Below are positions 51,650 through 64,000 of a stretch of DNA of 64,000 nucleotides, in pieces. Both the position numbers and the translations under genes were made by a program. Source of the DNA: Dicyema japonicum (lineage: Eukaryota > Animalia > Dicyemida); assembly GCA_011109175.1 (NCBI GenBank), contig RDEW01000006.1:781232-845231 (forward strand). Direction: 5' to 3'. A model generated the notes under the pieces. That model saw only the letters and a program-made list of their open reading frames with translations. It ran no database searches and was not told the DNA's origin. Positions within the stretch are counted from its first letter, which is position 1; every line of letters starts with the position of its first letter.

Positions 51650-52215
51650 AGCAAATATCTCAAGGTGGTTATGGATAAACAATCCACTTTTCAACTTTTT
51701 CATCGGTACCCAATCGAGGGCCTTTTTCTGGCAATATCTTGGCTGCCTCCAAGTAAAGATCCAAGTTTGTTCGTTTTGCGCCATGTTTCACTTGATCTGC
51801 TTTCTATTCTCCGGAATCGTCGTTTCCGCTCAGCAGGTGCCACCTCGAGGAGTCGAAGTAGGGCCGATTTGTCATCTGACACAGTCGACGTCGTCTGCGT
51901 AAGCAATTTCGACTGTCCATCATAGAACTTCCGAAGATCTCGTAATGCCTTCTCCAGATATATGACAAATAGCACTGGCGAGAGGGAATCTCCCTGAGGA
52001 GTACCAACATTGCACGTAAATTCAAGAGAAAACGTCTTACCGACCCGCACTCTGAGCTTCGTGTTAGATAGCAACACTCTGATCATACTGACAGAATCAG
52101 GGTACAACAATTGTTCCAGTATCCTAAGAAGTAGACCATGGCGGATCGTGTTAAAGGCCCTAGAGAGGTCTATTCCCAGAAATGTTGTTGCACTTTCGAA
52201 TCTCTGGTTGATAGC
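51650..52215 (-). mobile_element. RTE-like RT remnant
   Basis: GIDLSRAFNTI, GTPQGDSLSPVLFVIYLE, KLGSLLGG. Confidence 0.75.
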
Positions 52216-52714
52216 GCCACTTGTGGAAAGCTTAACTCTGGTTAGCTAACTTCCTTAGCAGTCGGAGGAGACACGTCTTCATTGGACAGTAAAAAATCTA
52301 TTTCTAGGCTTCTTCCGAATGGTGTTCCCCAAGGATCCCCTTTGTTTCCATTATTATTCGACTTATTCATGAATGATCTCCCCATACCGAAGGTCGGAAA
52401 TAATATTCTTCTGACTTTTGCCGACGGCATCGTCATTGCGTCACGTGATCGTGACATCCAGATTGCAACAAAATCTGGACCGTCTTAACGAATGGTTATT
52501 GAAAAATCGCCTGTCTACCAGCAGAGAGAAGTCCTTCACAGCTCTCTTACATCAGACAAGAGACGGGGAAGACGGATGGTCGATTTGAAAACTAACAATG
52601 GTTTTATTCGGTTCAGAAAATCTCAAAAGATCCTTGGGGTGATTTTGACATGCACATGTAATTCTCCTCCATGTTGAAAATGTGAAAAAAATTAATGAGT
52701 TGAAATGTCTATCT

Positions 52715-54543
52715 CAGAGGTTCCCAACCTGGGTTCAGCGAAGTTCCAAAATTTTTTTAATTCTTTTTTCAAAAGAATAATTTTTCAAAACGAATTAATT
52801 TAATTTGCCCGTGTCTAAATGAAGTCTTGTGACAGTGCATATTTTAAAGTTCGATTTTTTTGAGAAAGTTATATTGCCTTTGGTTTCACATGGACTGGGG
52901 ACATGGATTGTTCTCTACCACTTTCTGTTGTTTGCGGTGAAAAACTTGCGAATAGTGCTAAGGTACCAACGAAGCTTAGACGTCATTTCTCAACCAAGCA
53001 CCCGGAACTTTCAAAGAAAAAAAAGAATATTTTATGCGGAAATCGACCACAACAAAGTTTAAGCATCCGGTTTTACAAAAAAATTAAAAATAAACGAAAA
53101 AGCACTGCATGCTAGTTATGCGGTTGCTGAGATTACCGCTAAAAATATGAAATCGCATACTCTCGCCGAAACTGTTATTTTGCATGAAAAAAGTAGTAAA
53201 GATAATTTTCGGAGAAATTGTTGCCGCTGAATTCGAGTTAATTCCTATTTCTAATAATTATGTGAGCAGACGCATCAAGGATATGTCTGATGACATTGAA
53301 ACCACTTTGGTTCAGTGAATAAAAAATCTGTGTTTTTTGCGCTTCAAGTGGATGAAAGCTCAGATATTACAGGAAGAATGCAATTCCTTGTTTTCGTTCG
53401 ATATATGAACGATGAATTTATTATTAATGATTTTCTTTCCTGCAAAGAGTTGCTCGGAACAACAAAGGGATGTGACATTTTCAATCTTATAAATTCATAT
53501 TTTGAGGATATAAAGTTGGATTGAATGCATGTGCGGGTATCTGCACTGATGGTGTCTGGCAATGACTGGGCAATTTAAAGGCTTCGTTTCTATTCCGAAA
53601 AATAAGAATCCGAACATTATTTACACGCATTGTTTTCTTCATTGTAAGGCATTGGTCGCAAGAACTATTGGACATGAACTTAACTGTGCTTTGGACATGA
53701 TTGTAAAAATAATTAATTACATCAAAATGAGGCCGTTCAAATTCGACAGTTCTCGAAACTGTGAAAAAGCATTCAGTTTTGATTTTACAGACTCAAGTAA
53801 GATGGCTCTCAAAGGGAAACATGTTAATTCGTTTCTATGAACTAAGACACGAATTGTTGGCTTTTTGTATACAAGAGAGGATGGATGACTTTATTGAATG
53901 CCTCAATGATGAATGTTGATGTTGCAAATTAAGAAATTTTAAAGAAATTGTTCCACAAATTGTAGACCATTTGGAGTCACTATTTACATGTACGAATAAT
54001 TATATTCCACCCATATCAGTTGAGGAATCTTTTTGCTGAGTACGAAATAACTGGAAACGAGCTATCATTAAAAAAGGAATAGGAACTTACGTTTGTTAAA
54101 AATGGAATATTTACTGTTTGACAGAACGTTAAAAATGATATATTAACGTTAAAAATGGAATATTTACTGCTTGATAATGATTCGTTTTGACTGATTGTCA
54201 AAAAAGAATATCCTATTCTGGCAAACTAAGCTTTAAGAGTTTTGGTCCAATTTTCAATGACTTATCTCTGTGAAGATGGATTTTCTGCATTAACAAATAT
54301 ATATAAAGGATAAAAAACACGCGACCTACTGTATGTGGAAAAAGACATGCGTTTATCCCTTTCAAGGAGAAGGCCAAATATTACAGAGCTATGGAAGAGT
54401 CATCAGCGTCAACCGTCTCACTAACTATAATTATATTTTTTATTAGCAAAATACTGATAATTGTTAAAAACTATATAAGGGTTCCATATAAAATAAAAAA
54501 TGTCGATAGGGTTCCGTGCTCTCAAAAAGGTTGGGAACCACTG
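52715..54543 (+). mobile_element. hAT Buster (ZBED5/ZBED8-like) transposon with decayed transposase, inserted in a LINE remnant
   Basis: TIRs cagaggttcccaacc / ggttgggaaccactg; exact TSD gtctatct at 52707-52714 and 54544-54551; BED finger (KLRRHFSTKH), FALQVDESSD, CTDG, THCFLH, YLCEDGFS. Confidence 0.95.
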
Positions 54544-55428
54544 GTCTATCTGGATTATGGAAGATCGGAAATAGTCTTTTCTGAATTATATAACCAATTC
54601 ATTGAACCATGCATTTCTTATGCATGTGCCATCTGAGGTCCATTCATTTCTTGTACAAGTATCTTGAAAATCGCTAGCCGAAAAAAGCCTCCAAAATTAC
54701 GGAACGATTGACTTCTAAAGACTCCCAGTATCCAATGCCTTTAGAATCCATAATACGCATGAACCGTGGAGTGCGATAATCCAATCATTCGTCCGTACGT
54801 GCTTGTGTAAGGTCGAGGGGGTAGCATTGGGCCAAGTTGAGGATCTGCTAGAGCGTGCTGGGATCACGTGATTAATTAGTTTGGTGTAACCGTGGTTTTT
54901 GGTATATTATTACAATCGCAATAGGAAAGTTATATTCTTCCTGTTGCTTGTGCTATCCCTGGATGATCCGGTCTGTTGGGCTCCTCTACGCTCCTTTCAA
55001 TATTTCGATTTTTCGGAGACTTTCTATATCATCTGTCTTATGCATTGCTCCGATTTGCAAGCTGTGTATAAGTCTTGGTTTTTGATCTCCAGTAGAGTCC
55101 TTAGTTGTTTTCTGTGAAAAGCATTCAAGTTATCAACATATGCCCGAATTAGTCCCCACGTTCCAGGTTGTAGAGCAGTACTTTTAACGTTTTCAATAAC
55201 AAATATTTAAATAAATCGATTTATTATATTGATTATTTTATGGATTGTTTTTATATATTTATTTAGAAGCCCGGGATCACAGAGAAAGAAAGACAGAAAA
55301 ACCGTCAGACAGGATTGTTTATAATTTCCGAAGCGATAATTAGTAAATTAAATATTTTAAATTATATTAAATTGTTAAATTAAATTTAACACAAATAAAT
55401 AAATAAATAAATCCATTAGTAATTCTAC

Positions 55429-55870
55429 ATGGAAGAGCTAACAGAGTTAAGATACAAACAAGTTTTCGATTTTGGTAGCCTTTACGTTTTATTCGATAGA
55501 AAAGAGAAAAATCAAGGCCCAAACGTCTCTGGATGCCCATCCCGAGAAGATCCCCGTACATAAAATTGTGACTAAAGGTTGTCATCGAGCCAGTAAAATT
55601 CTCGGATGAAGTAAAGACCATAGAGAAGCGTCGTTACATAATTAGCCGCCATCTCACTCTGGACAGCGTCAGTAAGATGATTCGAGGTCGAATCAATTTG
55701 GATCCCAGTTCTGCCATTTATCTGATGATCGGCAATGTCGTCCCTTCGATAGGGTCTTTGTATTTATTAAATTTAGTTCTACGGTTGGACAAATATATGA
55801 CAAGTACAAAGAGGATGACGGATTACTATACATTTACTATGGTAAAGAGAGCGTATATGGGGGTTGTTAG
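55429..55870 (+). CDS. ATG8/GABARAP-family ubiquitin-like protein (divergent); introns 55475-55499, 55556-55577, 55754-55776
   Basis: Spliced: MEELTELRYKQVFDFEKRK...HPEKIPVVIE...RINLDPSSAIYLMI...TVGQIYDKYKEDDGLLYIYYGKESVYGGC*. Confidence 0.92.
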
Positions 55871-55999
55871 TTATTCTATTTCATTCTTTATCAATTTTCT
55901 AATCTTTTATTTTTTTTGTTGTTCATTAATATGCTGAATTAATTCTTAATCAATATTTATTTTAACAAACTAAACTTCCATCACTTTCTTCCAGACGTA

Positions 56000-56255
56000 C
56001 CCTGCTAAACAGATTATAGCCTTGCAGTGACTCTTAGTGGAGTCTCTGTTAGATAACTAGAACTTATAGTGGTTCTTAATAGAGCTGCTCTGTTACATAA
56101 CTAGAACCTGCAGTGGCTCTGAATAGAGTCGCCCTGTTGGACATTTAGAACCTGCAGTGGCTCCGAATAGAATTGTTCTGTTAGATAACTAGGACTTATA
56201 GTCCTATTAATAGAGCTGCTCTGTTAGATAACTAGAGAATTGCTCTGTTAGAAGT
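56000..56255. repeat. 44-bp minisatellite, ~5-6 diverged copies
   Basis: The ctgtt anchor falls at 56046, 56090, 56134, 56178 and 56221. Confidence 0.9.
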
Positions 56256-57799
56256 AACTCTGAGTCTCACTTATTGGAAATCAATTATTTGGTAATACTT
56301 ATAATTTGATACCATGTGGTTAATCTGGTTAATCTGATATAAACAGTCTATTTTGGTTAGAATCTTGAAATGACCACAAATCAATAAAATTAATTAAAGA
56401 TTAATTACTGTGAAAGGACTTGTTACGTGTAGTATGACGTAATCAATCAATAAATGGGTTATTCAACTCGACTGTGGAATTTCTGAATCGACTTGGGGTT
56501 AGATTTCCGCAAATCGGAACGTGGTGGTTGATAGTTGCTGTCTCAGTGGATCATTTATATGCGCCATAATGTCTGGATTTCAGTGTCGAGATGATAAAAA
56601 TATCCCAAATCGGCTATTTGGTTATCCCGGCACCATTCTGGCGTGGATACTTAAGAATTTGGTTGACGACAGTTATTGAAGTTGAAGTGGGCTACTCCAA
56701 TATTGGAAGGGACACACCTTTTCCCAGTAAAAATTTTCAGATTCCGCGTTGAAAGCTGGGGAGTCAGCACGAGCACTTGATAACTCTAAAATAAAACATA
56801 TGACTAAAATAAACTCCACCAGATTATACGTGCAGCCCGTTTTTCGAGACCAGTGGTCTTCGGGCCTAAGACGACCAAAGATCGTTTGGTCATGATTTTC
56901 CGATTAAATTTCGAGCAAAATAATCAATGCTAAAATAACTAATCCCAGACTGATCAGAAGAGGTCGAAACCGGCAGAGACGGACATCTTGAAATGCCCAC
57001 CATAACGAGTTTAAAGTCTTTTAGAGAATTTAGACTAAATTTAAAATTCCTGAGAATCCTTTGGAATTGGCATTGACTTTTTAAAACCCAACTCATTTGT
57101 CTCTAACATATATGAGATCCCCTTTAAAGACCAAGCTAACTTTTTTGTCGCCATGAAGAGATCAATCATTTTCCAATCCCAAAAAAGCCTCCGTTGTAGG
57201 AGACATTTTCGGTATTCACAACAATCTTTCCATAATCACTTGAAAATCTCAGTTTTGTTGTTTTTAACTGTCTGATCGAACACCCAATTAATCACGGATC
57301 GGTCTCTCTTTTAGTTGTTGCTTCTGGTTAGTTGAAGTGACCGGGAAAAATATAAATAACGCTTAAGTAAACCTGGATCGCATACATTTCAAGCAAACGA
57401 GGTAAACCAAGTTCTGATAATAGTTTTTGACAATCTTTGAATCTTAGAGTGACCCAACCCGCTTTACGATTCTCTCTATAGGAATGGACTTGGGAGTACC
57501 AGCAAGTCTTGTGATAGAGGAATATTTCAAGGAATAAAGAAGTTTGTTAGGAAGACCCATGATAACTCTACCTTCCGAAGAGTTAAAGGACGTCACAGAA
57601 AACTATTAAAGGCTGACGATCTCAATGAATTAAGAGAACTAGCGAAAAAGAAGACTTCGGATGAAACTGGTACAAAGGGTGGTTGGCGCGACACAAGGAA
57701 ACCTTATGAATACTTAGGGTTCCGATTGTGCCGTGCTCTTTGCTATCCGTTTTATCAGTTTTCTCATGCAACTTGCCTCCTAGCTCGCTTCCGTAATTC

Positions 57800-58112
57800 T
57801 TTTTTTAACCCCGGATACACCGAGAAAGAAGTTAAAGTAAACAACTGATTAAGTGTATCCAGTTTCCACTTCTACAGAAACAGAGTCCATCCGGAATTAA
57901 CATAAAGGGTAAAAGACGTCCATAGTTGCAGTTGTGGAAACCCCTCCAGTGGAGTGGGGAAGAGCAAATGATCCTTTTCCGTGCCGGCCTGGAATTGGGC
58001 CACCTAGACAGGTGGATAACATGACGCCACTCTAGTACAAAAAGAGAGGAGGAACAGACGAACAAACGGAAACTTTACCAATTAACCACGAAGCACCACA
58101 CGGCGCCACGCG
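57800..58112 (-). mobile_element. Short retroposon family 2, second copy
   Basis: Collinear with 35047-35373. Confidence 0.8.
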
Positions 58113-58209
58113 GTTTTTCTATTTTTTAGGGTTCACAACTACGTGAATTAACCTGATTAAAAAATTTTTATTTTAATAGCTAAAAACTTTTTTATTTACA
58201 TGAATAAAA

Positions 58210-58975
58210 TATAGTTAAGGGGAAGCATCCCTTGTCTAATACCTCTCTCTACATAAACACATGCACAAACCTGTAATGAAAACTGTCTAATCCTCTCATA
58301 TGCGACGATATCATTCTTGCCTCCAAGGACAGAAACGTTCAATCAGCGACTCAGTTGGCTCAACAAATGCTCGATAACTTGGAACTATGGCTCTCGAAGC
58401 GGAGACTTGACACATCAGCAGCAAAGTCCTTTGTCACACTGTTTACCACCTACAAGAGACAGCTCTGTATCGAACCAAAAGTCTTTATGAAGAACGAAGC
58501 TATTTCTATTAACAAAACACCGAAGATTCTGGGAGTAACCTTTTGATCAGGGACTCACCTTTATCCGGCATGTTGAAAACAGAGTAACTTCTGCTCTGAA
58601 AAAATTAAGAATTTTAAAAGTGCTCTCAAAATATTTAGAGATCAAACTGGGATCCTTGCCACGATATACAAACAATTCATTCGACCAACGATGACGTATG
58701 CAAGTCCTTCATGGGCAATGCAATGTCACGATCTTCCACATAGAAGTTATCTGCAATCGAGGAGACTGCAGTAAGGTTAATTGGACCAGATTACAACATC
58801 CAACCTATTGAAAATTTTTAATTGAAATACAACGAAAACTATTAAAGGAGGCTGTTCTACGAGCTGCCCTCTATTCCAAATACTATCGAATTATCTACAA
58901 TCATACAGAAATTGTGAGCCGATGCCATGTCCTATGAGAAGAGATGTTCAGGATTCTCGACCCCCGCCGGACTTG
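58210..58975 (+). mobile_element. LINE RT remnant
   Basis: DDIILAS, TPKILGVTF, YKQFIRPTMTYASPSW. Confidence 0.7.
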
Positions 58976-59299
58976 TCCTCACTTTTGTCGGTCTGGGATC
59001 TTAGTTAGATGAGAACTTTTATTTCTTTCTCTTTGACCCAGTGATCCTGGGGGTAATAATAATAATAATACCTCTGGACTGCCGTGGAAATACGCTCGAA
59101 TACTCTGCAGAATTTGGAGAGATCCTCCAAACAACTTGAAATAATATTCCCAAGTTTTTTTGGAAATCGTAGAACGAATATTTGCTTCTCCGGAGGTTTC
59201 CACTCGAGTAGCAAAAATATAAACCCATCGCTTTAGATATTTAGTCCTGACAATAAACTTAATTTTTAAACAAACCAAACTAATGTTCTATTCCCTGTT

Positions 59300-60078
59300 G
59301 AATTTTTAGTTAAATAGTTCGAATCTTACTCAAAGTTATCAGTACCAGTCATATTTGAACAAATCATTATCGATATTCGATCCTTCAATAATTTATGCCC
59401 TTGTCTCTTAATCTTACAAATGCTTTTGCATGGAAGAGCTTAATAAAATAATCCAGTCTCATCTGCACTATGACATTTTCTCGACCATATAATTTGATTA
59501 ATGAGAAAATCATTAACTTCAGAATTTGAGAAATTCTCTGAAGATGATTCTCCAGAAAGTTTCCTCAATTTTAACCATTTTGTCTTTTAAATTTTTCTAG
59601 CCATTCACTACTGGCTTTAAAATTTGGCATTTTTTGCAAAGCCCTCCGCCTTTGTAAGAACAATCGCGTCATTAAGAAATGCTCCTCTGATTTCCATCAG
59701 TTCAATCTACAACATGGTATCCTCATCGACTTCATTGAACTTCAAATATGGATTCCGAGATAATTCTGATAAAAGCAAAATGGATATATTCCTTTTGCTC
59801 CTTAGGTCATTTAAGGATCGTCTCGAAATAACACGTCTGAATCATCCGGAAAAGATTTTGGACACTCTTTTAAGCGAAATCCCTACTTTTGATAGATAAA
59901 TTTTATAATTTGGAGTTTTTCAGAATTTTCTAATCTTTTACAATTACGTTTCACTAGGACCAACAACATAAAAAATGATAATGTCACATGTAGAAGTATT
60001 TTTGAATTAAAAAATAAAAATAATTAAGAAAATAAAAAAAATATTTTAAAAATGCGGCGGATTCGATAGATTTTACTG
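59300..60078 (-). mobile_element. Tigger/pogo transposase remnant with 5' TIR
   Basis: FKASSEWLEKFK, ADETGLFY, KDRISIMICSNMTG; TA-cagtaaaatctatcgaatccgcc terminus resembling 49070-49092. Confidence 0.8.
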
Positions 60079-61579
60079 TATAATGCACAGTCGCAATAAG
60101 AAGGTTGTATCCTTCCCTTCGCTTGTGCCACCCCCGGTACATCCGGTCTGCTAGATTGCTATTTTTCTAGATCATCTGCGTCTTCTAATGCTATTTTAAC
60201 ATGTTTTAGATCGATTTTCATTATTGAGGGCAAAGTTGTTCGTGATTTCCTTCTAAATGCCCCTGAGCAGAGGAAGTGTGATTCCATAATATTGTATGCA
60301 GGAACGGCATCTGTAATATGTGTTCAAATAATCCGCATAAGGTGTTAGTAATAGTTGTATCCAAGTACTTCGACTTACAAAGTGTGTATAGGTTTTAGTT
60401 TTTAATAAGTATGATATCTTAAGGGTGTGTTTTTAGACATACGTGTAATTGAGGAACGTCACCACTTCAGCCAAAATAGCACTTATGACATTTAAATTTT
60501 GAAAAATGGCATTTATTTTATTAAAAATGAATTATATAATTATCGGAAAATTTATAAATCGACCAAATAAATTTCTTATTTATTGTGAAACATAATTATG
60601 TAATTTTTATAATTTTTAATCAAATGGATCCACCTATTCTTTCCCCGAGGACAATTTCATTACCTGAAGACAAGTTCTGGAACGCTGGAACGAGTCTTGA
60701 TCAAGGAGTCAGTTAGTTCGGTTACCCTTTGTCTTTGGAATAAATTTAATTAATTTAAAAACATAATTATGGAAGAAAGTAAAAAATTTTTTTAAAATTA
60801 TTATCCTAGAATGATACGAAATTAATAGCGAGAATACTTTATGTGCTTCCGATAATTAATAAGAATCAGAGAGAAATTTACGAGCCCCTTTAACAATAGA
60901 ATTAAAAAATATAGTTTTTACAAATAAAATAACAATTTTGACGGGTGGTGCAGTTTAGGGAGTGCCGGGAAAGGAGTCAGCGTATTGGAAGATAGGAACT
61001 TGTTTTTCTCAATATAGGATCTTATCGACGAGTAATATGGAATTAAGAGTTGATGTGTGATAATGACTGAAACCAAGGTTCAATTGAACAATTCTGATAT
61101 TTCGTTTCAAAAATGAAATAACTCTAATTGAAGTGGCTGATTGAAAACAAACACGGGATGAAGGATTCTTATGAAGAGTTTACCTTGGCTTCCGACCAGC
61201 TTGTTGAGCAGGCATGTGCTAGTTGTGAGGACATTCCATTGAATGCTAACAGAAATATGATGCTAACTAATTCAAGACATGGTGGGTGTTCTTGACTTGT
61301 TCTTTTTTTGTTTGCGTGTGAGTCCCTGATGGCAGTGGTGGATCACTGATGACGGCGGCACTCGTAAATACCAGGAACATCGTAGATGGAAGAACCTTCA
61401 ACCGGAGTGGACAGCAGCGATACTCGAACCTGGAACCATCAGATTTAGTCGGCCACTCATTACACTACGCAACAGTGAAGATACAGGGTCTTTAAAAATT
61501 TTGTGAAAAAATGCTTAATTAGGAAATTTATAATATACAAATATAAAGATTATTTAAACGACTTTCCGATAAACTTTGG

Positions 61580-62076
61580 ATGAAATTGAATTTAGGACGC
61601 AAATACAAAAACAACGAAAGAAAGCAAAAAATTGGGAAAAAAAGGAAAAATATTTTCAGAAGACAGCCTCTAAAGGTTAACACGGAAATCTTAAACACAA
61701 ATGCAGAGGTCTCAACCTTAGAAAAAAATATGCTAATTCTCGAAAAATTTCAGACAGAAGTTGATAACTTTGAAGATTTATCCATCTCAGAAATAGAATA
61801 TCTCGAATTAAATACAAATTTGGTCCCTAAACCATTTATAGCTCCGAAAGTTGAGAGAATCAATATAAAAGCAAAATATAAGGCAACCAGTTCGTTGTTG
61901 ATGTCGTTTCTCATCATTGGTTCGATTTTTGACATATTTTAGTGATTATTGGACTTATACTTCATCCAATTGTCTACTATATGCGGGAAAGAGGTCCTCC
62001 GAAGCTCAATTGCTCGTCCTTGAAAGCTGCGGAGACATCTCTGTGCCATAATATTACTTTGAAGAACCAATTGTAA
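61580..62076 (+). CDS. Orphan predicted single-pass membrane protein; intron 61920-61942
   Basis: Removing a 23-nt GT-AG intron extends the 120-aa ORF through LLMSFLIIVIIGLILHPIVYY to ...NITLKNQL*. Confidence 0.5.
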
Positions 62077-62729
62077 TAACCATTTGGGATTTTGAAATTT
62101 GCAAAAAAGACTCAATTTCTGTTCAAAATGTTTAAATTTGGAAATTGTTAATTTATCTAAAATTTCATTTTTATAATTTATTTATAGTTATTTATAAACA
62201 AAGGTTTAACTGATGTGGTTACGAATTGGATTCATTTTTGACCAACTATTGACTTTATGTAAAAGAACAATACAAAAAGGTTTCTCATAAAATCAACATA
62301 CCTGTGTCACTGAAACTTGTGTCAGGACATTACTTCGGCTAAGAGGGATGTCATAAAGTTGATTAAGCTTCCTTGTTGCACGTTCATAACAGTTTTGTTA
62401 ATTATCCTCTTCCAATTAGCCCTGTTTCCTGCTTTTTCTCTTAAATAGACAAGGTCTTCTGCGTTTTCAAGTTTCTTTCCGATATTTTTCAGTTTCCGGT
62501 TCAAAATTGATGTAGTCTACGTTTTAGCTTCTCACGGAATGCTCCTCCGCTTTGCGTGAAGTATGCTTCCATCTCAATATTTTCAGGAGTTATTTCAAGA
62601 TCTCCATCGATAGTTCGTGAAATTTGCTACGGTTGTATGATCGAGTTCGAGGTCTTAAGTTGAAGAAATAGAATTGTACGCTTCAGTTTAAGTTGAATAG
62701 AAACTCTCTAGTTCTTCGGGCTTAAATGA

Positions 62730-63310
62730 AATGCAAGTCCTTGTTGGTCAACTTCTGTCTCCTTCAATTCTACCGACATCTAAAAAGGCCCAAATAACGT
62801 ATCTTCACTTGGAATCAAAAATCCTTCCCATTGAAAATCATTTAGAAATGGGACTTTTGCAATTCCTCTACATCCCAATCTATTCCTGTCACCCACTATG
62901 CAAATCCATAAACAAAGGGAAATTTATTATGCCAACCGGTGACCTGTCTCGAATTCTATCATCCATCTTCCATCCCCAATGATCATGGTCGTCTGAAACA
63001 GATACACGATTTGTTTCTATGAAAACCATCCGAAGACTCTGTGATAATAAAATACTACGCCGGCCCCCGTGATAATAATAGACCAATCGGAATCCTCTTT
63101 TCCGTGGGAAATCCGGGTAAACCTGGCTCGTCTACGATATGGGCACTACCCCTCTCTACCTACGTACGTAAACTGGATGATGTTATAGATATCCTCTGTG
63201 CCGTTTGTAACCTCTCCGAGTTGGCAACGAACAACCTTTTTGAATGTCCTGAATTAGTACAATGTTCGTCTACAATGCCAAGACTGATCGATCTACGAGA
63301 GCGACCGGCA
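62730..63310 (+). mobile_element. LINE 3' remnant with terminal Cys/His finger
   Basis: Homologous to 20870-21470; LCAVCN...NLFECP...DLRERP. Confidence 0.6.
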
Positions 63311-64000
63311 CAAAAATTAGCCAAAAGAGGATTTTAGCTTATCAATTTGAGATATACTCGATAACTGTTATTATCTACGACAAGTTCACTTAAGTTCTTT
63401 AAACAATGAGGTCTCATTCCCGCTAAAAAAACACGTGACTGTCAAAGTCAGATATTTTTTAACCCTCTTTTTAATCGCTATAATGTTCATTGGCTCATAA
63501 GACAACGGATATACGAGGTTTTGGGGAGTAAAGAACGCCAAATGTCTGAAGACTTAAAATCTAGCCCAGCCCAAAGCCAGAGATCGTCTATTTTGGAGTA
63601 AAACAAGATAATTATTAGCTGCGAATGTTCTCTTAGTAATAAATTCTCCCACGTTCCGCAAAAAAGTGACCCCTGACCAATCACAATGCAAATAGAATCT
63701 AATTAGCATCCTATCGACTCCCTGACCAGTTTAGATACCTGAGAACTGTGATCTGTTCTATCGATATCCAAGAGGCATTCTACTCAGTTCCAAACTGAAT
63801 CTCTGGAAATTTTGTAACTCCCTGGCAAACCTCTAATCTTCATTACTTACATCGATGACATAATTCAAGTCTCACGTGATCCAGTCCGCGGGATCGAAAT
63901 TGCAGCAGCAGTTGGATCAACTACATGTCAGGTTAAAAATCAAACAGAATATCGTTTCAAGACAAACGATAGCAAAATCTATTCGACAAATCCCAAAAAT

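Noticed and set aside
56945-56980. Hammerhead ribozyme (ctgatca...gaaa); also ctgatgag at ~2221
   Set aside because: The core deviates from CUGANGA with no stem II at 56945, and there is no GAAA partner at 2221.

Overview
This window is AT-rich eukaryotic nuclear DNA in the standard genetic code (TAA, TAG and TGA all act as stops); it is not prokaryotic. About ten compact host genes are split by ultra-short GT-AG introns, all 20-29 nt where I could resolve them, which is why the ORF track is fragmented. By manual splicing I recognise TSNAXIP1-like (5'-partial), TPPP/p25, SRRM1 (PWI + RS), an SLC46-type MFS transporter, cathepsin L, CAF1/CNOT7 followed by a 16-aa acidic repeat, CCDC166/DUF4515-like and a divergent ATG8/GABARAP, plus a bZIP-like and some orphan genes. 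Tiny introns at animal-like positions together with cilium/sperm-associated genes suggest a dicyemid mesozoan-like animal (inference). The intergenic space is filled with decayed transposable elements: hAT/Buster elements with 8-bp TSDs, Tigger/pogo, a Ginger-like integrase, CRE-, R4- and RTE-like and other LINE fragments, and two short retroposon families. The most interesting signals are (i) a conserved HDV-ribozyme-like pseudoknot in a short retroposon family, (ii) DNA-transposon genes carrying host-sized micro-introns, and (iii) CAF1 with an acidic tandem-repeat tail and a frameshift that a 22-nt GT-AG segment would rescue. Homology calls rest on remembered motifs, not database searches.
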